Position numbers and translations under genes: made by a program. A DNA stretch of 64,000 bases from Kondoa subrosea (Eukaryota), in contig BCIN01000002.1 of assembly GCA_039545335.1 (NCBI GenBank), positions 2,758,678 to 2,822,677 on the forward strand, given 5' to 3'. The notes under the pieces were generated by a model. It saw only the letters and a list, made by a program, of their open reading frames with translations, ran no database searches and was not told where the DNA came from. Below are positions 42,321 to 53,378 of this stretch, piece by piece. Position 1 is the first letter of the stretch. Every line of letters begins with the position of its first letter.

Positions 42321-44066
42321 ATGTCGAATTCCACTTGGTTGACGTTGATATCAAATGCTCTGTGCTTGCTGGTTGTGCTGTTCTTCTACACGTCAAAACG
42401 CTCGCGTCATGTCAAACCCAAGACCGTGTCTATCGTAGTATTAGGAGATGTAGGAAGGAGTCCACGTATGATGTATCATGCAGAGAGCTTCTTGCAGCAC
42501 GAGTGGAAGATTCGCCTTGTTGGCTATGGCAGTAAGCTGAACTTGTGATATTAAGCGACGAGGCCTGAAGGCTGTCAGACAGTCCTATCCTGCAAACTCT
42601 TCAATCTTCTTCTGTAATACTCTCTCATCTTTCAGCTTTACCTTCTTTCCTCTCAAAATTGCCTAGTGCACTGTTTCTCCTTCTTGCACCTCTTAAGCTA
42701 GTCTGGCAAGCGTTGGCATTGTGCTATGCTATACTCTCCGTGGATGCGACAGAATATACCTTGATCCAGGTAGCTTGTATTCTGCTGTATCAATGATTCT
42801 TACCGACTAATCTGAGATTAGAATCCACCGTCACTTCCCACCTTACCAGTTATCCAATTCTGCTGTCTCCTAAATGGCTCAAAGCTCATTATAGATTGGC
42901 ATAATACTGGAGCATCAATTCTGGCTATGCGGCTCGGCAGCTCACATCCTTTAGTCAAGCTAGCTTCTTGGTTTGTCCCGCTATACCTCATTCGGAGGTC
43001 TCAGTTGATAAGCTAGATAGGCTAGAAGGTCTCTTTGGTCAGCGAGCTTATGCTCATCTTTTCGTCACGGCGGACATGAAAGACTATCTTTCGTTCAAGT
43101 GGAACTTACAGTACGTCTTGAGTCGGCATTGGCAGTGGTCGTGTATCTATATGCAACTGACAGAGGACATAAGCAAGTCTTTTACGATCGACCACCCAGT
43201 AATTTCCGGCGATTGCAAGAAACAGAACGTCAAGCAGTAAGCTCCTATCTTTCTCTTCGCACGATTCCCATCTGAAGAATAATTGAAAGCTCTTCGCACG
43301 TCTGCCTCACCTGAAAGCTCCATTGGGTTGGAAAATCGCAGTCTCTTCTACTTCCTGGACAGCGGATGAAGACTTCTTTCTCCTCTTGGACGCTTTATCC
43401 CTCCTAAATCAGACCATAAAGAGTGAGACCGGTTTATTGGTTATTATTACTGGCAAAGGTCCTATGAAAGCTGAGTTCGAGCAAGAAGTGAGTCGGAAAG
43501 CAAGAGAGAAGAAATGGGAGAAGATAATGGTCAAAACTGCTTGGTTAGAAATGTCAGATTATCCATTGCTGTTAGGTCAGTCCATGTGAAGCGTTAGACA
43601 ACCTTGTCTGCGTTGTTCATTGAAATTGACAGGCTCAGCGGACATTGGGATATCGTTACATTCCAGTTCATCAGGTTTCGACCTTCCGATGAAAGTGGTC
43701 GATATGTTTGGTTGTGGTTTACCAGTTCTGGCACTTCATTTTGCAGCGTTTGTCTCTGTACCAAAAACTTTCAGGATTTCATCTTATGCTCATAATAGCT
43801 TGCCTGAACTGGTCAAAGATGGAATTAATGGATATACATTTAGTGATGCTACAACGCTCGCCAAGCATCTATCTGTCAGTCTATCTACATGCTGTCTATA
43901 TTGTCCACTAATCTCGCTGTTGCAGAATTTGACTTCTTCCCAGACCAATCCTGAAATTGAGAAGCTTCGTCGGGGTATAATTGAAGCCAAGTATGGTCCA
44001 GGTGCGGCGTCTTGGTCAGATTGGAGAACCGAATGGGATCGAGTAATTCTCCCGCTGGTGCAATGA
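42321..44066 (+). CDS. ALG1: Chitobiosyldiphosphodolichol beta-1,4-mannosyltransferase
   Basis: VLGDVGRSPRMMYHA, IQNPPSLPTL, IIDWHN, SSTSWTADEDF, ITGKGP, HSSSSGFDLPMKVVDMFGCGLPV. Confidence 0.95.
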
Positions 44067-44076
44067 TGTAACCAGA

Positions 44077-45006
44077 TCAAATCATTTCATCCCCTTGAAT
44101 AGCAGTAGAAAAAGCCAGCGTTTCAATTCTGGCTGCTTTCCCTCCTTTATTACCAGAAGATTCCGCTTGCAGCATTTCATTGAGTACTTTGAATTGACCC
44201 GGGTCGATTAAAGCAATAAGTTCCCATTCATCTGAAGTTGTTTCATCTTCTTCTACTTTTGTGCACAGCGGAAGAATAGTTGGTTTTAGTTTCTTGGCTA
44301 GAGAAGGAGACATGGTTATTCGAATTCGCATGGATGCTCGAGCTAAAGGTATCGTTTTACTGTCTGTAAGGGTTTTGATCAATTCGAGAGCCTGCACAAG
44401 TCAGAATAGTTCAACAAGTGACTCAAAGGTAGACCCACTTGCGATTTGGCACTCTTGTTTGTATTTGTAGCAAAATGAATTTGGTTCATAGCTTTTTCAA
44501 TCATAGTAACCGTATGAGGTCTTTGAGTTTCCGGATCCACACATTTCTCTGCGACCAAAGTAGCTATCTCTCTTCTCAATTGATCCAATTCATGACCTCT
44601 TTCCTTTTCGCCAACTTGCAATTCCCCCTTCTTTAAGATCTCCAAGACGACTTCATCTGTTGTTTTGTCTCCAAAAGCTTTCTTCAATTCATCAGAAGAA
44701 CAGGTCTGGCCTTTGGATACATTGGTGAAGACGTTTGAAATTTGCAAGACTTCAGACAAATCCGTTTCGATGCCTGCTCGGTATTCTTTCACTTTGTTCT
44801 TGTAGCAAGCAATCTCGAATCGTTTGCCGCCTTTCTTCAGCCTCACCTGACATCAGATAGAGGCATGAGGTGGGTCATTACAGAAACAACAACGAAACGA
44901 ACGACAGACACATTGGTGAGTCTGCAGTACAGCGGATCAGCCAGGGACAGAAGGAGATGGATGGAAGCAAGTACTTCAGAATATTTGAAGGTTGATTGAT
45001 AGGCAT
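44077..45006 (-). CDS. SDO1: Ribosome maturation factor Sdo1/SBDS
   Basis: [64 protein letters not shown]. Confidence 0.96.
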
Positions 45007-45118
45007 ATTTGTCACAAGGCAAAGTCGCTGTTCGAAACAGAGCATCATCGATTTCAAGACTTCGATACTCTGCAAAAAATTACGTAATGCATATATATGG
45101 GAGGCTACATATGACAGA

Positions 45119-47660
45119 TCAGTAATCTTCTTCCGGCTCTCTAGCATCATGCTTGGCTCGGGCAGCTTCATAGTTGGGTTCTATACATTGTAAGGACATC
45201 AGCAAGTGCGTTCCTGCTCCTTTCGCGAGCGACTTACCCATGTCAAACTCCTCGATAGGTCGAGTGATTGGGTTCTATACGGACATCTTCAGTTTCGTGG
45301 ACGCAAAATTAGGTCGACAAGCTTACGATTCCAAGATGATGTTTATCAAGATCCGCTAATCTGGCAGCGACACCGGGAACAGTACGATTGACACTATAGA
45401 CCGCCTGTAAAGTAGAATTAGGCCATTAGCAATTAGTAGCCTACTAAATGCTATAAGCCAAACTTACGATTCGATGAGCTGAAGAAGTGACGTGCAGACT
45501 GAAGTTCAAGTCATAGTTAGCAGAGGGCTAAGAAGCAGAGTTATCAGAGCGCTGACTCCCAATTCCAAGCGCTTCTAACTTCAGTTGGTTGTGTGTTGTT
45601 GGCAGAAGACCAGCAACTGCCGGGAAGTATAAGTCCAAAGACACACGCCCTGTGTCGCATCAAGCGTACCGGACTACAAGCTCAATCCACCCTTGTGCAT
45701 GGATTGGCACATCCATCGACCACAATCTCCACTGAATGAAAGCATTTAGTTTCTGCGAAAGCCGAATCGGAAAGAGCGAACAGTCCAGTATCCCTGTTTC
45801 ACATATCAAGATGCCATTATAACTAAAAGACGCGGACAGCTAACCGTTTTCGTAACATTTTCTCTGGGTACTTCGAACCAGGTGACTGTAACACAAATAT
45901 CAGCGCAAACCTGTTGAGAAGTTGAGAAGACATGCTTACAGCCACCATCAGGAGAGACTTCCACAGAGCGAACCCAATGTCCACCTTAGGGTCACTTAGT
46001 TTACGTTCAGCTATCAAAAGAATGAAATTCACCACCGGAATATGCCCAACCTAAAGAATTGGTATTTAACACAGATCACTGTATATTTCATCTGACTTAC
46101 CTGCGCAGTGAATCTTACCATCGTGAACAATGACTTGACGCTTGACCGGTTCCATGAAAGCCGACGAAACAGGCATATCTTGAATACTGAATCCTTCAGA
46201 TGGCAAAACATCATGTTTACCCTTTTGATGGTTGTAGTACAGATATTCTCTTCGATTCACAGGAGACATCGTTTCTTCCGCCAACACGTTGACTCGGGTT
46301 AACCATTTGCAACTTCGAGCGCCAATATAGCCTGGCACAAGAACTCGCAAAGGGTATCCATGGATTTTGGGTAAAGGTACGCCGTTCATTGACCAAACCA
46401 GAAAGACTTCGTCCAGTTTGACTTTACGGTAAGGCACTCCTGCGCTGTAATTGAACATAGCATTTCCCTTGAAGCTATGAAGCGCTATTAGACACCTGAC
46501 TCAAGGGAGATTCCGAACTTACTAGGTATCAGCGGAGATGAACTCGACATGCTTCGCGCCAGATTTCGGACCTCCGCAATGTTGTATAACCGACAAAAGT
46601 GAGACACCTTCATACAGGGCATTGCCAATTGCGCCTTCACCCCAAGGCGCATTGATCACTAGTCATGTAAGCTGAAGCGTTTATATGTAAGGGCTTGAAG
46701 CTTACTTTCGTCTCCATCGCCAGGATACAGCTCGACTAGTGAAGAGCATCAGACACTATGTCTTTCCTTTGATGATGAGTCTGCTCACTTTGTTCAATTC
46801 TACGTGTACCAGAGCATTGAAGGGTTACATGTCTCTTGACTCGAGGGAAAAGTGATTCACTCTTCAATTGCTCTAGGGTTAACTTCCTCGGTGTAGTGAC
46901 CAAACCACCAATCTCAACAAAGTAGGCATCCACATCAATGTCTGGAATACCACCATGGTTGCGCACATCTGTCGATGGATGAGAGAAGTTCGAGGTTACG
47001 AGACAAGCTTACAGTGATACTCATTTGGTGTCTGTACACTGTTTGTAAGCCACCGTACCTCCTCGCTAGGAGACTACTGACGATAACATTCTGAAGAAGC
47101 TTTTTCTTTTGGCGGTTCTCCGCTATAAACGCATTCTTGAGCTGCGCTTGGGGTGATAACAAAGCTATATCTCACTTGTAAGGGAATTTTAACAAATGTA
47201 TCATGTCTTCTGCTTTCTCGGCCTTTACAACTTCCCAAGAAAGCTCAGGGAATTGGCCAACATGATCACCAAGAGCTTTATGCCATGCTACCCATCTTTC
47301 ACCTCTGTTATGACAAATAAATAGTTCAGGTCTTTTTTTCAAGACAAGAAGAATACTGACAGAAGGACTGGGTCTCTATCAGGTAAAGGCGCCATTTGGA
47401 ATTCAGGCGGAGCATCAAACTCTTGAGATGTAAGGATCTCTCTTGCTGCTTTTCGTTTGTCTGGGTAACGATCCCATTCAACGTAACCTCTACTCAAAGA
47501 CAAACTAATTCGAGAGCCTGCAGTGAGACAGCAATGTACTTACTTCCATCCAGGCAATTCGTCCTTGAACTCAGGTCGTTCACCGGAACCCTTGTTTCCG
47601 GGGGTCGACTACTGCTGCTTGCATCTTATCTACCAGCTTGTTCATAGTTGCCTTCGTCAT
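45119..47660 (-). CDS. Sulfite oxidase-family molybdopterin oxidoreductase
   Basis: YVRNHGGIPDID, TLQCSGTRRIEQ (Mo-ligating Cys), APWGEGAIGNA, MNGVPLPKIHGYPLRVLVPGYIGARSCKWL, WNWDLHVTSS. No N-terminal heme domain seen. Confidence 0.92.
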
Positions 47661-48004
47661 AATACGAGAGTTTAGGAAGAGAAGCGATCATGAATATTTA
47701 GAATGCTTAGCAAAGCGAACGCTTTGTACTCCAACGCATCATTGATGATTGCATCAGCACGCGGGTAGGGTAAAGATCTGTAGGAATTTAGTCGCAGGGA
47801 CAGGTCCTGGTGCTATTATGAGGTAGCATTGCAGACCAGCTGCAGGCAGACATCGCTGTACAGGAAGAAACAATTTGCAGACAACTTCGCAGAGAGCGTC
47901 TGCTGAGGTAAGCAGTAATGGTTCGAGGCAGGACACAGTGCTTGAAAGCAACTACACAATTGCTACGATCCTTAGCATAAGTGTACTTCTCCAATACATT
48001 TCCG

Positions 48005-48960
48005 TCAAATTAATGTCCCGACCAATATCCCAGCCAATCGTTCTAGATGGGCATCTCGATAAAATTTCCAAGAGTCTCCTTCGTCAAACCCTTGTCCAAA
48101 GCAATCTGCCACATCCGGCTCGCTCCTAACTACAGCATTTCCGTCTTCCATACTACGCTCGATGACCATGAATTTTTGATCAGTTCGAGTAACCATTGCG
48201 AGTGAGATTTGACCATTGTTAATGAACAGGCCAAATTTACCGATATCTACCATGCGCGCTTAGGCCGTTACGTAAGATTTGGTGTTGAACTCCATAGACA
48301 GATCTTGAGAAGTTTTGGAAGTGACTATTGCATCTCCAAAGTTGAGAAAGTCTTGTACAACCAATGCTTCCACCTGATCCTTGTAATCATCGTCGGTAAG
48401 TTGCAAACGGGCAGCCTCTGTAAGAGGTAGATTCTCAATCTGCCCCGAATGACGAAGAGCCTCTTCTCCTTCGGTGACGATATTATGACCGATGCGAACA
48501 AATTGCAATGACGGGAAAATGGTCGAGTCCGTCAAAGATCGATAAGAGAGGAAGAGCAAATAGGCCGGTGCTTGATCTCCATTACCATAGTCACCGAGAT
48601 AAGAGTGGTTGCCATAGTCAGAATTGATGGAAATCTTCTGAAGGCTTTCCTTCATGTCAATTTGGGTCAAGTATTGAATGCAATGATCAATTCGAAAACG
48701 CCGACCAATTTGAAGTACGAAAACTTGGAGATTGGGCAACATTTCCAACCACGATAGATTGTCTTCTCCACGTGAATTCAGACCAAAGACCTGCAGACGT
48801 CTCATCTTTGGCATCGGCGTTGGGAAAAACAACGTCAAACAAGAGGTGTCGAAAAGTCTGAACATGCTTGCTGTGATACTTAGATCTTCTAAACAATGCG
48901 AGTAGCTGGCCAAGATGAGCTACAATCGATAGCTATCCGATTGTTGTGGGTGGCTAGTGC
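48005..48960 (-). pseudogene. Truncated, disrupted paralog of the adjacent F-box/LRR-like gene
   Basis: HCLEDLSI...PMPKMRRLQV...GEDNLSWLEMLPNLQ aligns by eye with HCLEALEI...PMMRLRFLDV...GQDNFDWLRQLPKLQ. In-frame TAA at 48260-48262, no F-box half, broken frame at the 5' end. Confidence 0.6.
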
Positions 48961-49148
48961 TGCGCAACGATATGTTGGTTGGTGAGAGAAAAGAAACTCA
49001 GCAATTCGAGATCCGCTAGTCTGTGTATCCTCCGGCTGACTCGACGATGAATGCAAGATTACACGTTAGAAAGCATCCATTCATGCGAGAGATCAAGCCG
49101 ATCATATATAGTAGGCGCCCCAAATGCTTGAAACTCATCATCCACCTG

Positions 49149-50795
49149 TCAACGAGGCACAAGCTCCGAATACCGATATCCATCCCCTATATCAGATACC
49201 AAGGTGTCAATACCAACAGCAGCGATGAAATTTTTGTAGCCAAGCGGAGCTTTCAGCTCAAACCTAGCGCCGGACGTAGCGGATTTCATTAAGCGATGAA
49301 ACGACCAATAAAGTAGACGCTGCATGCGAGCCGCCTTGTCCTCTTGATCGATGCTTGTATCTTCACTGACAGCAAGATCAGCTTCACGCAGACCGTCTTC
49401 CAATGCTTGAAACGTTTCCTGCTCTTCATTGAATTGTAAAGGCATGCGGACCAAAGTGAGGGATGGGAACGATTCCGATAAATCAGTGGAACATATGCCT
49501 CGAGAGGTGTGAATGGTCGTGCATGGCGCGAAAAAACACTGTCCGCAAGTATGTAGATGTGTTGAATGCTGCGAGACATATCGCAATCAGCCAGACCTTG
49601 AATGAAGTTGTCCAAATTTAACCTCTTATCCACTTTGAGCTTTAGATATTGAAGTTTGGGTAGCTGTCGTAGCCAATCGAAGTTATCTTGACCGCTTGCA
49701 TGGAGCGAAGAGACGTCCAGAAAGCGCAGACGCATCATGGGGACGGCGAAGACAGAGTTCATTGCCGAAACGCTGCAGGCGCCTTCGTAGTCGGAACCAT
49801 GGATCTCCAATGCTTCCAAGCAGTGTGCCAAACTTGCAAGTGAATGCCCAAAAGCAGGTCTTAGAGGGTTCTTTTCCATCAGGCTGTAACTAATTCTGCG
49901 TAAATTCGAAGTCGAATTACCGCACAGACGACCATCAAAGTCGTGCATATCGAGATTGAAGCAGGTCATTTCCTTTAATTTGGCTATAGCCGAAATGAAA
50001 TCGCCAATTGGGCCCAATTCGAGAGGTAATCTGGAAGCTTCAATGGAGAGGAAGAGTTGCTCGATAGAGTCCAGGAAAGGTAGAGCCAAAAGTTCTGCAG
50101 TAGTCGGAATGGGTGCATCAAATGTATAATCATCCGGACATCCGTCGCTGGAATACATATGACCATGCCTCCGGTAGCGATGGAAAATATCTTCTCGAAC
50201 TTCGTCCCGATACCAACTGACGACGGCTGACAAATTGAGTTCCCTGATGTTCGGACAATGTTTAAGATTGGCGAGCACAATCAGGCGATTTTGGTGGGAT
50301 TCGGCGACAGCAGAAATACGATCCAATTCAATCAGATGTGCAGAGTCTTCCTCTCCGTGTACTTTGATATATTCTTCAGCTACACTACAGGTTTTGAATG
50401 TCAAACCCATGAACCAATCTGCTTGTCGAACATATTTGCCATATTTCTTTGCCTGAAAGCACGGATTGGACAAAAGCGACATCTCAGCGTTACGATAAAG
50501 TCCAGGTCCAGCCAAAGCAGCAAAGGTACCTAGCGATTCTCACTCTTAGCATTCGCCATGTTGGATCAATTAGCACTAACTCACTTGACACCTGCATTAG
50601 GGCTGCCAAATCCTTTGGTTCAGTGATATCTGCAACTACCATTGACCAAAGTTCTACAGCAAGCTGAACATTCCCAGTTTCGACTTTGGTAACTCCTAAG
50701 TAGAAAATGTTATTGTTGTCGCTCAAGCGTGGCAGATCAAGAGCGGCGAGGTGCGCATCCATGTGTTTGAGACTGCTGGAAGCTTGATTGCCCAT
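49149..50795 (-). CDS. F-box/LRR-like protein, apparent frameshift near the 3' end (possible pseudogene)
   Basis: LAVELWSMVVADITEPKDLAALMQVS|STFAALAGPGLYR (F-box-like) and LRR-like repeats. Similarity to the paralog (FPSLxxVR) switches frame near 49470-49495. Confidence 0.6.
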
Positions 50796-51304
50796 TGTTC
50801 TAGGTGTCAGTAGCAAGATTCGAGCGAGTTTGAGCAGCTTGTGGCCTCTTGAGCCAACAATTCAGTATTTGTTGCTTGTATATAAGCCTTTGACAGGCTC
50901 GCTCTGAATGTAGCTGTGAATCGTTCAAGCTCAGACTTGCTTGAGCAAACTTCGCGGTTTGAAAACGAGTCCAGGAGAGGTTCATAGGACGAAGAGAGCT
51001 TCGCATGCGCAGCGGCACAAAACACTTTCACGACTCGAGACTCTGCGTAGATATGGACGACGCTCTAAAGATGAGTCGCTGTTTGCGTTCGACCTTGTCA
51101 TCTTCAAATTCGCCAGGTCTTGTCCACAGCGATCACTCAGCAAGCTTCAGTACTGCTCTGCCCGTGTCCACTCTGCCTTCACAGCTTTAACATCTGTATA
51201 CTTCTTGTTTCTCGTTTCCGCTTCGCGTAAATTGTCTAGCCAATTGACCATTTCCCTTTCTTTCGCTCCTCTCTTTATCTCTTCCTCATTTCCATTCTTA
51301 AACA

Positions 51305-51927
51305 ATGCCTTCGAATCTGCCTCCTTTTAGACGCGTAGTCCTTTCTCATTCATCAGAAGCCAAAGCCCTCGTCTCAATAGATGAACACATCAAACCTATA
51401 CGTCTAGGTCCACCAGGGGATGATGATGTATCACTAGGCTATGTGAATTGGGGTTCTGGAAGCGTACCTGTGGATTTGAGTGATTTGACAAAAGATGGAG
51501 CGGAGGGGATCAAATTGATGCCTGTAGTTAACAGAGGTGGAAGTAAATCTCATACGTGCGTTTTTGGAGAACGAATGAGTTTCATGACGAAGCTGATTTT
51601 GAACTCCACGCACAGAATTGATATGCCTCCTGGTTCAAGTTCACCAATGCATCGAACTGAATCTCTGGACTACGTAATTTGTCTGGCAGGAGAAATACAG
51701 ATGGATATTCCCGATCAGCCAACTGTGATACTGAAGGCGGGAGATTTCTTAGTGCAACAAGCTACAAGTCATGCATGGCAGAATAGGTCGAAAGAATGGG
51801 CTAGGTCAGGTCTTATGAAGGATTCACTTGCAGAACTGATACGTCATGCAGAGTTCTGTTCGTAGTGCTGGATGCGAAACCGCTGCTCATCAATGGGAAG
51901 AGTCCAGAAGGGTTAACTCTAGATTGA
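51305..51927 (+). CDS. Cupin-domain protein
   Basis: RRVVLSH, IDMPPGSSSPMHRTESLDYVICLAGEI, LKAGDFLVQQATSHAWQN..WARVLFVVLDA. Confidence 0.85.
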
Positions 51928-52052
51928 AAGGAAGCATGTAAATGTTGCATTTGTTCGTATTGGCCCGCTATACATGCTTTTTCTACCCTTTTTTCTACCT
52001 GCTTCTGTTCCTTGTCTGCCACATTTGCAATACCAGCTTGCCTCTATGAGAT

Positions 52053-53133
52053 TTATGAGGGCAGCTCGAACTTTTGACCCTTCATAACTCTGCAGAGCGT
52101 ATCAGCAGTGTGTCTCTGGATAGTTCAGCCATGAGAAACTCACTTTGTGTAGTAGACGTAGAAGAAGTCGGAATATAGCGCAGTCCTGTATCGCGAAAGA
52201 GGTCCCAATCAAAGATAAATCGATTTAGCTCTCAATTGCCTTACTGTACTATTCCAGCAACAATTGCAATAGCCTGCAAAATATATCGACTCTTGTTGTA
52301 TCCAGATATAAGACGTTTACTTACATCAAGCGTTTCCTCAGTGAAATAGCGATAGATCCAATTTGGGATGTACAAAGCTCTGTATGCGCCCAAAGCGAAA
52401 AGATAATGCGTCGTAATGGTCTCCGCTTCTCCTGTTCTTTGCAGCATGAAGAGTTGAGGTAAGATGGCGACTGATTCTAGGTAGATTGAGAAAGCCCAAA
52501 GAATTTCAAGAACCTCGCTGCAGATCTGGTCAGGTTACATTTAAGTGAAATGAGTTGAGAGACGCACAAGCGATAATTGAAGATCAATGCTAGGACAGCG
52601 CAAGGTCCAATCAGGTATTCCAGCCGAAGAGTATCAATTGCTGGATCTTGCGTCGGTCTGTCCGTGGGACCGAGCATAAGCAGAATACACTGCAACCTAG
52701 GTGCTAGCCTGACCTAAACTTGAACTGCATGAGGTAAATGATGTAGAAACTGCTACCGATAAAGAAGATCTGTTCATCCGGCGCTTGGAAATCAGCTGGA
52801 CGCTGAAAGCCAAACTTTGGACGAACCTTCATTGCTGCATTGTACAAACTGTACCATGTCCCAAAGAGATCCAAGTAGCGGGTGATGAAAACGACAGCAT
52901 AAAGGATTTGTGTTTTGAGCGATATGCCTCTACAACTACGCGACTTCTGGATCTGTTCGCACCAAAGTCGTACTCAAGCTCTTTGGGCAGAAGCCAAGCA
53001 GCACGAACCTTGTGTATAAGAATGAGGATTGAAGCCAAATGAGAAAGATCCCCGAAACTGTGGAATCAATCCAGACGAATGAGCTCAGGCGTCTGCTACT
53101 CGCGCTACTTGCTCACAGTCTAAAGATATTCAT
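52053..53133 (-). CDS. ERD2: ER lumen protein retaining (HDEL/KDEL) receptor
   Basis: [85 protein letters not shown]. Confidence 0.96.
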
Positions 53134-53378
53134 GCTGCTGCTGTTGCTGCCTTATGAGCATACAAGGTCTGAGAAAAGGTCGAAGTGTCGTGTCAAGGTC
53201 GTTTGCGAGGCGCGCGACTGCTCTGCCTGACTGCTCTCTCGTAAGGTTGGGTGAGTGGATATCAAGCAGCAGCGTCCGGCTGAAGGTAGTTTCGTGACAA
53301 GTGCTCGAAAAGTTATACGTGGACTCGTGACTGCGGACGATTTCATATCTCAATGCTATGCTGTACAATGACCTAAAC

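Noticed and set aside
47626..47691. Out-of-frame upstream ATG overlapping the sulfite oxidase start (possible uORF)
   Set aside because: The transcription start is unknown and such ATGs are common by chance.
26288..48262. Alternative genetic code (stop reassignment) to explain several in-frame stops
   Set aside because: All three stop types occur, only in orphan or paralog genes, while conserved genes end normally with TAA, TAG and TGA.
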